From positions 1 through 39,985 of the IMG/VR virus record IMGVR_UViG_3300048592_000611: a stretch of 39,985 nucleotides of DNA; one strand, given 5' to 3'. This DNA is from a virus. Lineage: Duplodnaviria; Caudoviricetes. Below are positions 23,782-34,057 of the stretch, piece after piece. The notes beneath the pieces are model-generated. The model searched no databases. It was not told where the DNA came from and was given only the letters and a program-made list of their open reading frames with translations. Every line of letters begins with the position of its first letter. Within the stretch, counting starts at the first letter, position 1. Both the position numbers and the translations under genes were made by a program.

Positions 23782-26663
23782 TATAGCAATCCTAACAGGC
23801 TCTCCAGCCCTTCCTGATTCGCCTGCATCTGCACATATGCCAGCAGTGTATTTGTCATACTCCGCAGATCCGCCTCAAGGTTAATCCCGTCAATGGTAAT
23901 GTTCATCAGCCCTTTTCCGCTTTTCATCATTTCCGTTTTCACTCTCAGGTATTCATTCTGCACCCGTGCCGTTTCCTTTTGCAGTTCAAGTGCCTGCGCC
24001 CGCAGTTCATTTTCCCTTTCTAATTGATCCTCAATCATCCATCGTTTCTGCACATCAGAAGATGAATTCCCCAAATCCGCCAGCACGCCGAAAACCTCAG
24101 AAATCACGTCACCGGTAGATGTAATTGTGTTGGAAATGCTCTCAAACTGTGACTGCACAATCTTTGCATTGGCCTCGACCTCTGCAATGTCAAGTTTTGC
24201 TTTCCATTCAATACTTTGCTGAACAATTGCGGATTGTTCCTTGATCTTTGCTATGTCAATATCCGCCAGAATCCGCAACTGCTTTTCCGGCGGCACAATC
24301 TTTTCAAGGTCTTCTTTTGTTTTCTCTGCTGATCCCTTGTCAACGGCAACCCGCATCACATATTCTTTGCCATTGACTTCATACACAAATTCCTCAAACT
24401 GCTCTTTGGCTTTTGCGGTTTCAACCTTTGTCTCCACATTGACAACCGGCTTGTCGCCCTTGTAAAAATACCCTTCCGGATCAGACAGAATCTCTTCCGC
24501 AGACCGGGTATCCAGATCAATCTGTATCTGTGTTTCTTTGTCAGACAGGGCAGAAGTTGCAGCGTCTATTTCGCTGATTCTGTTTAATATTTTTGTTTTT
24601 TCTTCTCCGGTCGCATCTTTCAGGGATATTTCCAAAACCCGTTTTTCAGCAGTCAGTTCTTCCAATGCTTTGCTGATTTTTTCCGTCTGCTCCGGAATTG
24701 ACATTATATCATATTCTACACCGATTAAGAATTTTGAATCCGACAGGGATTTCAGGGAATCCTTCATTGCGTCCGCTGATATTCTTGCCTGCTGTGCGGC
24801 CTTTGCTTCTGCGATCAATTTTGCAGTGACTTCATCTGCTGATTCCCCTGCTTCATTGTGCGTCCCTGTCCAATCAATTAAAGAATCTGCCCAGGCAATA
24901 AATCCCTGAGCCATGTCATCAATTTTCTTTTTTGATTTTTCATCTGTATAATAATAAAATGCCTCAACTCCAGCCCGAACACCTGCAAATGCAATTATCA
25001 GTGGAGCAGCCGCCGCTGTTATCGCAATAAAACCACCAGACAAAATAGAAAATGCTGTCCACGCCAGTGCCGCCGGTCCACTTAATGCACCAACTATCCC
25101 TGATAAAACAGTAAATGCACCGCCAACAGATGTTAAAATAATACTGATTCCGCCTAAATTGCCTATCAGTTCTTTATTTGCAGCAGAAAGTGTATTATAC
25201 CATTCAATGCCTTCTTTTATTGCCGCAAAAACAGGCTGGAAAACTTCCACTATTCCGGCAGATGTTCTGTTCAAACTTTCCATTGTGTCAATTACAAGTT
25301 GTAATGCCTTTGTCAGTCCTTCCGGAGTTGACAGGTCAATGCCTTCAAACAGTTTGCCTGCGGCCTCAGTAAGTTTTTCATATGATTCCAGCAGCCCTGA
25401 AAAATTTGCGTTTTTCATTGCCTCCGGCGCAGCATTTGCCATATCCGTAAGGTATTTTTTTAATTTGTCTCCAAACTTATTGATTTCTGCAAAAACCTCA
25501 TCCAAAGAACCGGCATCAATGGACATTCCAATATTCTGAAATAATTTTGTAAAAGGTTCAATGATATTTGCATTGAAAGCCGGGATTTTCAATCCGATTG
25601 CGGTTTGCATTTTGTCCCATGCGTTGACAAGCTGCTGCAAACTTTTTTCCATTTCATCAGTGCTGCGTTTAACCCCGCCCGCTACAGCCTGTGATGTATC
25701 TTTCATATTCTCTAATGCGCCTGCAAATTTGCCTGCCGCATCTGCTCCAAGCAATAATACACCTTTTCTTGCCTCTTCTGATGTGATTATTTTATTTATC
25801 AGGTCAACATTGCCATTCGTTTTTTCATAAATCTGCTTTAAAATTCCGTCATAACCAATGGCGGCAATTCCTGCAGAACCATACTGAATACCAAGTTGTT
25901 TCATCAGAGTTTCCGCCTCACCGGTAGGCGCAATAATACCGGCAATGGACGAGTTGATCGCTGTAATAGCCTGACTTGCCGGGACTCCCTGTGCAGTCAG
26001 TGCAGCTATCGCCGCACCTATTGTTTCAAACGGTATTTTTGCGCCAGCCGCTGTTGCTGTTACGCCTGATAAATACGCAGACAAATCAGCAACAGAAGCA
26101 TTCCCATCCTGTGTGATCTGGAAAAACGCTCCAGCATACCGTGCCATTTCTTCCTGCCCGGCACCGTAAGCGTTCATTGTTCCCAGCAGACCTACTATGG
26201 TTTCGTCAAGTTTTGCAGTTCCGGCAATGGACAGGTCTTCACCGATTTTAATTGCATTAAAAATGTCAGGGATACTGGTTACACCGAAGGCGACTGTCTG
26301 ATTAAGTGCCTTCATGTAACCGTCCATATCCGTTGACTTTATTGCATCAAATGCAGCAAGTGATTTTGTTTTCAGTTCATCAAAAACAGCAGGTGTGAAT
26401 TGACCAATTACATTGATCTCATTCATTGCCTGTTTGAAGTCCACGGCCTTTGCAGAAGCTGCTGATAATCCTGCGACAACAGCGGTATTCAATACAATGT
26501 CAAGTGCCAGCACGCTTTTTGCCGCCTCCGCAAAAGGGGAAGCGAAATCACTCAGCCCACTGCCAAAAGCTTTGATTTTGTCTCCAATTCCCTCTATCTC
26601 ATCGGAAACCTGATCAATGCCCTGAAAAATAATATCAATGCTGTGCGAAATATTCAATGCCAT
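23781..26663 (-). CDS. Tail tape measure protein (TP901-like core)
   Basis: 960 aa, Ala/Gly-rich helical, central hydrophobic stretch, follows chaperones. Confidence 0.9.
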   Translation of the reverse strand: MALNISHSIDIIFQGIDQVSDEIEGIGDKIKAFGSGLSDFASPFAEAAKSVLALDIVLNTAVVAGLSAASAKAVDFKQAMNEINVIGQFTPAVFDELKTKSLAAFDAIKSTDMDGYMKALNQTVAFGVTSIPDIFNAIKIGEDLSIAGTAKLDETIVGLLGTMNAYGAGQEEMARYAGAFFQITQDGNASVADLSAYLSGVTATAAGAKIPFETIGAAIAALTAQGVPASQAITAINSSIAGIIAPTGEAETLMKQLGIQYGSAGIAAIGYDGILKQIYEKTNGNVDLINKIITSEEARKGVLLLGADAAGKFAGALENMKDTSQAVAGGVKRSTDEMEKSLQQLVNAWDKMQTAIGLKIPAFNANIIEPFTKLFQNIGMSIDAGSLDEVFAEINKFGDKLKKYLTDMANAAPEAMKNANFSGLLESYEKLTEAAGKLFEGIDLSTPEGLTKALQLVIDTMESLNRTSAGIVEVFQPVFAAIKEGIEWYNTLSAANKELIGNLGGISIILTSVGGAFTVLSGIVGALSGPAALAWTAFSILSGGFIAITAAAAPLIIAFAGVRAGVEAFYYYTDEKSKKKIDDMAQGFIAWADSLIDWTGTHNEAGESADEVTAKLIAEAKAAQQARISADAMKDSLKSLSDSKFLIGVEYDIMSIPEQTEKISKALEELTAEKRVLEISLKDATGEEKTKILNRISEIDAATSALSDKETQIQIDLDTRSAEEILSDPEGYFYKGDKPVVNVETKVETAKAKEQFEEFVYEVNGKEYVMRVAVDKGSAEKTKEDLEKIVPPEKQLRILADIDIAKIKEQSAIVQQSIEWKAKLDIAEVEANAKIVQSQFESISNTITSTGDVISEVFGVLADLGNSSSDVQKRWMIEDQLERENELRAQALELQKETARVQNEYLRVKTEMMKSGKGLMNITIDGINLEADLRSMTNTLLAYVQMQANQEGLESLLGLL

Positions 26664-26680
26664 CAGTCCACCCCGTCAAC

Positions 26681-26866
26681 TCAGTCCGCGCTGTCCACCC
26701 TGTCCGCCTGCTCTTTCAAAAACAGACTCCAAATCTGATCTTCCAAATCCGTGTAAAACCCGAACGGAAACAAATCCGGCAGAATTTCAAACAGAAATTT
26801 CCGGGTTCCTGTTACAATGCCATTCATTGCATTGCGCTCACATGCCATATACATGGCATTTTTCAC
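26681..26866 (-). CDS. Tail assembly chaperone, frameshift extension (gpT-like)
   Basis: -1 frame relative to upstream gene, open from GGGGGAG at 26893-26899. Confidence 0.55.
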   Translation of the reverse strand: MKNAMYMACERNAMNGIVTGTRKFLFEILPDLFPFGFYTDLEDQIWSLFLKEQADRVDSAD

Positions 26867-27345
26867 GCGGGGGATTCGGAAGATCCTATCGGCTCCCCCA
26901 GCAGTTCAAACCCCATGCCTGTCAATGCCCGTATTTTGTTGGTCAGCCGGTAGAAAACCTCAATATGCTTATCCCTGATTCTGATACACAACTCCCTGTC
27001 TTTTCCGAAATCCGGGCAGCCGTACATCAACTGGTAAGTCCGCCGTACCAAATCATCAGACAGTTTTTCATCATCTTCAAATCGGGCCATAGCGTATGTT
27101 TTCACGCCTTCCATAATCTTGTCAAAATCCCCGGTTCCTACAGCCTGAACAAGGTTACGGATTTCAGAAATCATATTCTGATTTGCCTGCTCTTCGCATT
27201 TTGCCATTTCCGGCCCGGTCAAATTCTGCACATTGACCACAGCCCGCTCACCATCTGCAAAAAATTCCTTCAGTTCCGGAACATTGACCTCAAAACTCCG
27301 GCGCACAAATTTTGCTGATTTGTATTTTTCAACGTCAAATGCCAT
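26863..27345 (-). CDS. Tail assembly chaperone (gpG-like)
   Basis: Between major tail and tape measure genes. Confidence 0.7.
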   Translation of the reverse strand: MAFDVEKYKSAKFVRRSFEVNVPELKEFFADGERAVVNVQNLTGPEMAKCEEQANQNMISEIRNLVQAVGTGDFDKIMEGVKTYAMARFEDDEKLSDDLVRRTYQLMYGCPDFGKDRELCIRIRDKHIEVFYRLTNKIRALTGMGFELLGEPIGSSESPA

Positions 27346-27361
27346 ATAAAAAAACCTTTCT

Positions 27362-27384
27362 TTCCCCTGAGAATATCAGGGGAA
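27362..27384 (-). terminator. Stem-loop after major tail gene
   Basis: TTCCCCTGA/TCAGGGGAA stem; T-run is offset. Confidence 0.45.
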
Positions 27385-27394
27385 TTGCTGTAAA

Positions 27395-28426
27395 TTATTC
27401 CGTAAAATCCACGCTCGGATATTGACACGTCATCGTGAATTCACCTTTGATCTGATTCCCCTGCGGGAACGTCCGCTTTACCCCGAAAATCCCCTGCTGG
27501 ACAACCTTTGCGCTCTGATCCCTGTCCTGATAAAATTCAACAATCACATTCTGATCCCTCTGCCGCAGCACCGGATCCAGAATACCGGTATTCAGCAGCG
27601 CGGAAAAAGAACACTGCCCCAGGGATTTCTGAGGAGACACAGCCGCACCGCCATAATATGCTTCCGACTGTGAAGAATTGCTGTATTCAGCAGGCGCAAA
27701 TGCCGATGTCCTGCTCAATTCTGACAGGATGGGTGTGTTGACCTTTATGAAAACTTTCTTCACTGTTGGGCCGACATGGATTGCAGGAAGCGCACTCTCA
27801 AATTTCAGATATGCATCAGTCTGATATGTGTTTTCAGCGTCCAGGCCATCGCCCACGCAGTTGGGTTCCTGATACATGGGATAATCCGCCCGTTCACAAT
27901 GCACACCCGGAGACTGGAAAATCTGCTCCGCTGTAATCGGGGCATCAGCCGAAGTGATCAGCCGAACCTGTGCCAATTCCACATATCCCACAGTGATAAG
28001 CGGAGGCCCGCCTGCGGCTCCCCGTGTCTCTGAAAACGTAGCAGTTGCCCCATCTGTCCCTGCAACAGCCTCTAATGTTCCGGTATCTGTCATGCAGATG
28101 GAATTGACTTTTGCGACGTTAGTTGCAGGCCGTGTCACAGTCACATTGCTTGCAGCGGGGACCGTGTATTCAACCCCGCCTGCGTTGGCCTTAAACGCAA
28201 GGTTTTCAACAACATTGACCGCTCCTGCGCCGTCAGGGACAATCACATTGAGACCCTGTGTTATTCCGTCAGGCTTGATTATCGGCGCATAACCGCTTTT
28301 CCCGCTCCACCGTTTCACTCCGGTCAGATAAAACACCTGATGATCCCCGGAATCCGTCATTGCCGTCATCGCCAGCGGGGTCTGTCCGGTTTCGATTTTG
28401 ATCAATGCTTTTTCTGATGTTGCCAT
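27395..28426 (-). CDS. Major tail protein
   Basis: Position between tail terminator and chaperones; AGGAG RBS. Confidence 0.7.
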   Translation of the reverse strand: MATSEKALIKIETGQTPLAMTAMTDSGDHQVFYLTGVKRWSGKSGYAPIIKPDGITQGLNVIVPDGAGAVNVVENLAFKANAGGVEYTVPAASNVTVTRPATNVAKVNSICMTDTGTLEAVAGTDGATATFSETRGAAGGPPLITVGYVELAQVRLITSADAPITAEQIFQSPGVHCERADYPMYQEPNCVGDGLDAENTYQTDAYLKFESALPAIHVGPTVKKVFIKVNTPILSELSRTSAFAPAEYSNSSQSEAYYGGAAVSPQKSLGQCSFSALLNTGILDPVLRQRDQNVIVEFYQDRDQSAKVVQQGIFGVKRTFPQGNQIKGEFTMTCQYPSVDFTE

Positions 28427-28444
28427 TGTCTTTTCTCCTGTAAT

Positions 28445-28903
28445 TTATATCAGTTCGATACAGCACAGCCTGCACTCAGCAGTATGACACAGCACACTGC
28501 CGAACATCCGATTTTCTATCATCTCAATCTGCAATCCATACTGTCCATTCATCGCTCCCACTTCAGGATTGATGGTTTCGCACGCACCGCCCATAGTCGG
28601 ATCAGCCGCAAACGCACTCTGCACACTGTCCAGAATGCCCTGAAACGTGAGTTCGCTTTCATCCGCATCATTCAGCCCATATATGCCCGTAAGCACGAAA
28701 ATATGGGCAGCCTGAACCTCACTGTAGGCTGTCCTGTGCCGCGTCACGGACTGCCTGGAAATCATCCACCCGTTCACCTTCCCGTTTTCGGAAAACAGCG
28801 CCAGAAACTTTTCCCAGTCCGGTGCCCACCGCACATATCCATGCACCACCCCGACCCCGTCCACCGATTCCAGCACACTTTTAATCTGATCCAAAATCAT
28901 CAC
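28445..28903 (-). CDS. Tail terminator/completion protein
   Basis: Synteny; DPT.GG motif. Confidence 0.65.
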   Translation of the reverse strand: MMILDQIKSVLESVDGVGVVHGYVRWAPDWEKFLALFSENGKVNGWMISRQSVTRHRTAYSEVQAAHIFVLTGIYGLNDADESELTFQGILDSVQSAFAADPTMGGACETINPEVGAMNGQYGLQIEMIENRMFGSVLCHTAECRLCCIELI

Positions 28904-29457
28904 TGTCCACCTGCCCTGTTCACAATCTGCTGCGGCAGCCGCTCAATCAGATTCGCAACCCAGTCTTCCGATTCATCCCATGCCTTTTCAAACATTCTTG
29001 CTCCACGCGGGCCGACATTCCCATTGGGAGAATACCCACGCCTGAAAATCGCCCGTGCAATGGCAGCAGCCACCACATAAGACTGCCGCAGTCTGGAGCC
29101 TTCCGCAGCAGTGTTGGGGATCCCCAAAATCCTCTGCACCCATTTTTCAATCGGCAGAACTGGCGGAAACTTGCCGGGTTTTCTTCCATATTCAATTACT
29201 TCACCATACTTCACCGGCGTTCCCCATATCCCCTGCATTTTTTTTGCACTGCCACGAACCTCCCCGAAAATGCTGCCCCGCAGACCTGCGGCTCCGCCAA
29301 CACCCGCAGGTGTGCGCTGCATTACTTCACTTTCCATGCGCGCTGCAATCAGCGTAAGAGTCGCACGGGTTTCATCCCGTGCAATCTCCGGATACTGAAT
29401 CATCAGTTCTTTCAGTTCTGCAATCACTCTGTCTGCATTTCGGATTTCAATTCGCAT
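28900..29457 (-). CDS. HK97 gp10-like tail completion protein
   Basis: RTP...G.LR.SI and Y...IEYG motifs. Confidence 0.75.
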   Translation of the reverse strand: MRIEIRNADRVIAELKELMIQYPEIARDETRATLTLIAARMESEVMQRTPAGVGGAAGLRGSIFGEVRGSAKKMQGIWGTPVKYGEVIEYGRKPGKFPPVLPIEKWVQRILGIPNTAAEGSRLRQSYVVAAAIARAIFRRGYSPNGNVGPRGARMFEKAWDESEDWVANLIERLPQQIVNRAGGQ

Positions 29458-30191
29458 TATCTGTACCTTGCCGGATGTGTCAGCCGGTCATATCCCCTGC
29501 TGTCCGGCACGTCCTGATCCGCAATCACACATGCCGGTTTGGTTTTGCCTTCCTGAATGCCAAAATGGATCAGATACTCTTTCTCCAGCCGCTTCCCCAA
29601 ATCCGTGAAATTCTGGAATTTTGACCCATGATCAACAGAATCCGCTGATATTGTTGCATTGCCGGTCAGAGCGTATCTTGCTGATAATATCTGACAATAA
29701 TAGAACCCCGCCAAAGCCTGCAACGCCTCCGCATGGACATCATCAACTGTACACCCCGCGATGGTGCATGTGTGCAAAGTTGAATAGGAAACTCTGAAAA
29801 CCTCGTCTGTCTGCACAGTGTACATTGTGATTCTGAAATATTCACCGTCCGGTTTTTTCAGCACCATCCACGCCTCCGGGTCAAGAATATCAGGCGCAGG
29901 ATAGGAATTGACAGGATATTCCACCATTAGCACACGGCTGAATTCCGGCTTCCAATGGGTAAAAACAGGGATATTGTCATTATCCCCATAAGCGGAAATC
30001 AGATAATCATCATTGTTTCCGTTGCCGGGAATATCCTGTGCAATCCACAGCGGAAAATACCGGGAATGCCGGATCATTGCCTTTTCCACAGCCTTTGTTC
30101 TGGCAGTTTCCAGTTCCGCATACGTCATGGGATGCGGCCCTGGAACCAGAACCCCCAACGAATCTATATAATCATCAAGGGTTAATGTCAT
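29457..30191 (-). CDS. Head-tail adaptor/connector
   Basis: Synteny after capsid genes. Confidence 0.6.
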   Translation of the reverse strand: MTLTLDDYIDSLGVLVPGPHPMTYAELETARTKAVEKAMIRHSRYFPLWIAQDIPGNGNNDDYLISAYGDNDNIPVFTHWKPEFSRVLMVEYPVNSYPAPDILDPEAWMVLKKPDGEYFRITMYTVQTDEVFRVSYSTLHTCTIAGCTVDDVHAEALQALAGFYYCQILSARYALTGNATISADSVDHGSKFQNFTDLGKRLEKEYLIHFGIQEGKTKPACVIADQDVPDSRGYDRLTHPARYR

Positions 30192-30192
30192 G

Positions 30193-30558
30193 TTACGCGT
30201 CCGTCAAATGCAGGATATTGACCTGCACATCCGTAGCAGTCAGGGAGAATCCGCAAGGCTGATAATCCGTTGCGGCTGTCTCCGTCCACTCACCCGCCGT
30301 ATTGGAAAGATACTGAGTCGCTCCGGGTGTAAGTCCGGAAAAGCCACCCAGAGTAGCGTCCATAAGGATCTCCACGTTGGCTCCAGCGGCTCCGCCTTTT
30401 CCAACAACTCCCCTTGCCGGTCTTTTCGCTGTATCATCCGCATCAGCAAGATATGCCTTGCCATCGGATTTGATATAAACAATATCGCCTGTAGCCAGCG
30501 TCTCTCCGGCCACCATTTTGTACCTTGTTTTCCCTGCCTTTTTCACAAAAACTGCCAT
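30193..30558 (-). CDS. Capsid decoration/cement-like protein
   Basis: AGETL..GD.VY...DG....A and GLTPGA..YL motifs; follows MCP. Confidence 0.65.
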   Translation of the reverse strand: MAVFVKKAGKTRYKMVAGETLATGDIVYIKSDGKAYLADADDTAKRPARGVVGKGGAAGANVEILMDATLGGFSGLTPGATQYLSNTAGEWTETAATDYQPCGFSLTATDVQVNILHLTDA

Positions 30559-30581
30559 TTCAACCTCCGTTAATTATCTGA

Positions 30582-32705
30582 TTATGCCACAACAGCCTTG
30601 TAACCGGTTCTGAAATCCACTACCGCCCCTGCATATTCATGCCGGATTTTGTATCTGATTTTGTCTCCGGTGAACACCGTTTCATTGGAAGGCTGATCCG
30701 CAACAAACATTTCCGGCTCCTGCCGGCCGTTCAGATACCCCATTTCAACCATATCCCCAGCGGAAACCGGCATCAGCATTCCCCAGTCAGTGGCATCGGA
30801 AAGCATGGGAATGATTGCCGCGCTCACTTTGCCTTTCAGCGGGTTGGGAACCTTTGTTGTCAGGTCGTTTGAAGTATAATAACTGTCTTCGTTAGCAATC
30901 TTTTCAAGGGTTTCCATCAGCGCAACCGGCCCGATCAAAGTCGGCATCCCGGCTCCGGGCAGCCATCCAATCTTATGCCCGGAATCCTTTTCAGTCATGT
31001 TTGCCAGTGCCTTGTATGCAGTCAGGGCTGTCGCATGCGTCAATGCACCGGTAGCATAATTGCCGTGTCCGCTGGTAAACCACGCTGTGCCGTCACTGCA
31101 GTTTGCATTTCCGATGAAAAACTGCCATACATAATAGGCATGGGTATATCTTGCCTTGCGTCCCAGCCTGTTGACCAGCCTTGTCAGAACCGAAATATCA
31201 TCATTGATAATCATCTTCCTTGTCACAGACAGAATTCCGCCCTTCTGACCAATGGAATATTTGCTCTCCTCATCGGTCGGACTCGCAATTTCAGGATAAT
31301 CCTCTGTCTCCGGGTCAACATCCGGGATCATGCCGAAATACCCCAGATTGATCGCCTCCTGCGTGCGGAAATCTTTCACTGCCTTTGTCAGGGAAATCAG
31401 CAGATTTTCCTGCTGTCCGCTCTCCGTATAATCCTTTACAAGCCTCCGTGCCATCGTATTGCCGAGGATATAAGAAAAACTGCCGCTGTTAAGCCCCTGT
31501 GCCGCCCTCAAATCAGCGCTCATTGCCGCCCTGTTGAAACGCCCGCTCACCTCAGAATCTCCGCTCAGGAGTGCATACAGTTCGCCCAGTCCGTGAATCC
31601 TGCTGATACCCTGCATATCATCCGGCTTTCTGCCAGCCAAATCAGGGAAAACCGGTTTGAAGTCCAGCCGCTCCATTGCCTGCATTGCCCGAATATCATC
31701 AGATTTCAAACCAAACATATGGTCAACGGCCATCTGAATTTTCTCCAGAGAACCCGGCCCGACTTTGGCTCTCTGATCCGGAATATCAAACCCCGGAACA
31801 CTCATTTTTGCAAGGTATTCAGCCTCGTTTTTCATTGCCGTATCCAGGTCTGCAATCTCAAAAACCTTGCCCTCAAACTGCTTTGCAATCCGTTCCTTTG
31901 CCAGTTCCGGCAGTCTGCTTTCCATCAGCCGTCTGTCCAGGGTTCTGCTGCAGACAGCCCGTTTTTCCACTTCCGCAACAGCATTTTTCAGGTCATCCGC
32001 CGTGATTCCTGCCGGAGCAGACTGTTTTGCCGGTGTATTTTCCGATTTTTTCGGCTCCGGCTTTTCCATTGCCTGCTGTGCAATCACAAAGATTTCATCC
32101 TCTGTCATCTTTTCCGTATCCTTCCCCGCAAGCAGGTCAGGCCGGGTCTCAGTCAAAATCTTAATCATCCTGTTTTTCATCTCTTTTTCTCCTGTTGTAA
32201 TACTCATAATTGATCGCAAAAACCGCCCGCCTGCGGCAGGCCGGGTAACAATATCCACACTGGAAACTGATGTAATGGCAGTTGGCACAATAGGCTCCGC
32301 CGTCTGCTGTGCCGAAACCCTTGCATCAATACTCAATCCCAGAAAATCCGGATTGTTTTTCAATGTTTCCGGTATCCACGCAAATTTTGGAGCAAATTCA
32401 ATCTCTCCGATCAGCCCCTCCCCTGCGGAAAAGCGCACATTGCGAACAACACCGGCTTTGTTTGCAATGAGCAACGATTTGACATTTTCAAAATTATCAG
32501 GCACATGCCCGAAAAATTTGCTGTCCACTTCATACGCATTAATGTCAGCACCTTCAAAAAGGGATTGCGCTGCCTGCAGAATATCATCAGTCCAGTGGAA
32601 GGCAGGCCGTGATCTGCTGATCCCAGGCGCAATAAGCACCGCCTCCCACTTCCCGCCGTTTTCCGCCTGTCTTGCATTCCAAATCAATGAAATATCTTTT
32701 TCCAT
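30582..32705 (-). CDS. Fused prohead protease/scaffold/major capsid protein (Mu gpT-like C-terminus)
   Basis: N-terminal H...GLSI...SVDIVTRPAAGG protease motifs; C-terminal TRKMIINDD and YKIRHEYAG capsid motifs. Confidence 0.85.
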   Translation of the reverse strand: MEKDISLIWNARQAENGGKWEAVLIAPGISRSRPAFHWTDDILQAAQSLFEGADINAYEVDSKFFGHVPDNFENVKSLLIANKAGVVRNVRFSAGEGLIGEIEFAPKFAWIPETLKNNPDFLGLSIDARVSAQQTAEPIVPTAITSVSSVDIVTRPAAGGRFLRSIMSITTGEKEMKNRMIKILTETRPDLLAGKDTEKMTEDEIFVIAQQAMEKPEPKKSENTPAKQSAPAGITADDLKNAVAEVEKRAVCSRTLDRRLMESRLPELAKERIAKQFEGKVFEIADLDTAMKNEAEYLAKMSVPGFDIPDQRAKVGPGSLEKIQMAVDHMFGLKSDDIRAMQAMERLDFKPVFPDLAGRKPDDMQGISRIHGLGELYALLSGDSEVSGRFNRAAMSADLRAAQGLNSGSFSYILGNTMARRLVKDYTESGQQENLLISLTKAVKDFRTQEAINLGYFGMIPDVDPETEDYPEIASPTDEESKYSIGQKGGILSVTRKMIINDDISVLTRLVNRLGRKARYTHAYYVWQFFIGNANCSDGTAWFTSGHGNYATGALTHATALTAYKALANMTEKDSGHKIGWLPGAGMPTLIGPVALMETLEKIANEDSYYTSNDLTTKVPNPLKGKVSAAIIPMLSDATDWGMLMPVSAGDMVEMGYLNGRQEPEMFVADQPSNETVFTGDKIRYKIRHEYAGAVVDFRTGYKAVVA

Positions 32706-32710
32706 TTTGT

Positions 32711-33556
32711 TTATTCCTTATTTTCAATTTTATCCGGGTATCCCTTCATCCCCGGAAACAGCAGCACATGCACGCACCCGCAGTTGACCGTTTCCTTTGC
32801 GCTCAGCCCCGGCGCATGAGGATACGGAATCCAGCCCGGAAAATTATTTTCCTGCAAAACCACAACTTTATGCAGTGCCTTATGTCTCGGTCTGAACCGT
32901 TTTTTCCCGGAATGAATCCACATTTTATATATTTTCATCCCCGGATTGCGTTCTTTCAGCAGGTCGGCAACGCCTTTCATCCGTGCCTCTCTTGCATTGC
33001 TGAAAACCCTTGCCATTTCCGTCCGTGATATGGTCTCCGCCCGTGTCGCAATTGAACCGAAAACACCCTGATCAGTAAGGTTTTTTCCGATGGCATCCAT
33101 AACTTCGTTCAGGGTTTTCTGCCCCAGAATCGCCAAAGTGATTTCAGAATTGATTTTCTTTATTGCATCCTGCGCCAGCCCGGAAATCAAATCAGCAGAA
33201 TACCCGGCCATCAGTTCAAGCTGTGAAGCACTCAGGGCAGGAGCAGCCGCAATAAGTGAAACATCCACCCCAGACGCTACCAGCGCCCCGTCAATAAGCG
33301 AACCGGCATTCTCCCATGCCTCAGCATAGGCGTTGCGAACTTCATCAGTTGCTTTAGATTTGAACTCTTCCAATGCCTCTGCTGTAGCGGCTTTCAGTTC
33401 CTCAAGATGATGCGCTCCCCATTCCGTTGTTGCCAGTTCCCCGGCCAGTTTCTTCTGGGCATCACTGAGCATCTGCAATACCTTAGCAGTGATTTCATTC
33501 GAAGCTTTGCCGGAAGCATTGACAAGTGCTGTCAGATTGTCATCATAGGCTGCCAT
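32711..33556 (-). CDS. Minor head morphogenesis protein (MuF/SPP1 gp7-like)
   Basis: RAETISRTE, K.W, R.RH, YPH.P...VNCGC. Confidence 0.85.
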   Translation of the reverse strand: MAAYDDNLTALVNASGKASNEITAKVLQMLSDAQKKLAGELATTEWGAHHLEELKAATAEALEEFKSKATDEVRNAYAEAWENAGSLIDGALVASGVDVSLIAAAPALSASQLELMAGYSADLISGLAQDAIKKINSEITLAILGQKTLNEVMDAIGKNLTDQGVFGSIATRAETISRTEMARVFSNAREARMKGVADLLKERNPGMKIYKMWIHSGKKRFRPRHKALHKVVVLQENNFPGWIPYPHAPGLSAKETVNCGCVHVLLFPGMKGYPDKIENKE

Positions 33557-33849
33557 CAGATCTCCCGCACTTTCATCTGCACATCATGCTCCCACTGATT
33601 CCCGGCCCATGTGACAATCCGGAACGTGATTTTGTAAGGGCTTTTTGCGACCTCCCCGGCCAGCACCCGGATTTTAACCAACGTTCCGTCAACCACCGGC
33701 TCCCCATCAAAAACCCCGGAGTCCGCTGCGTCCGTCCTGTCCACAGCGGAACACACCGCTGATGAAATTGCCTCCGCCTCTTCCAAAACATCAGCAAAAT
33801 TCACAGAAATATAAAACTTTTCATAAGGCTGCTTTTCAAATTTATCCAT
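33556..33849 (-). CDS. Small virion protein (fibre adaptor-like)
   Basis: F.KQP.E.....V.F...L beta-sandwich pattern. Confidence 0.55.
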   Translation of the reverse strand: MDKFEKQPYEKFYISVNFADVLEEAEAISSAVCSAVDRTDAADSGVFDGEPVVDGTLVKIRVLAGEVAKSPYKITFRIVTWAGNQWEHDVQMKVREI

Positions 33850-34057
33850 TTTTTGATGCCCTGAATATCAGTGTTTTTGAAGGCTTGCTAAAATCCCTCA
33901 GCAGATCATGCTTTTCAAAAACAGCCTCGGCATTGCAATTGGAAAACACCGACAATGCCCGCCTGAAAAACATAAATGCAGGTGAAATCTGCCATCCAGC
34001 AAGCCAGCCGAATCCCCGTGTAATCAGTTTGTCCGCTGTAAATCCCCGCAAAATCAT
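33842..34057 (-). CDS. Hypothetical protein
   Basis: Coupled ORF; LITRGFG motif. Confidence 0.5.
   Translation of the reverse strand: MILRGFTADKLITRGFGWLAGWQISPAFMFFRRALSVFSNCNAEAVFEKHDLLRDFSKPSKTLIFRASKNG

Noticed and set aside
30975-32787. Long plus-strand ORFs (412 and 306 aa) and other plus-strand ORFs
   Set aside because: Antisense shadows of well-supported minus-strand genes; no recognisable motifs.
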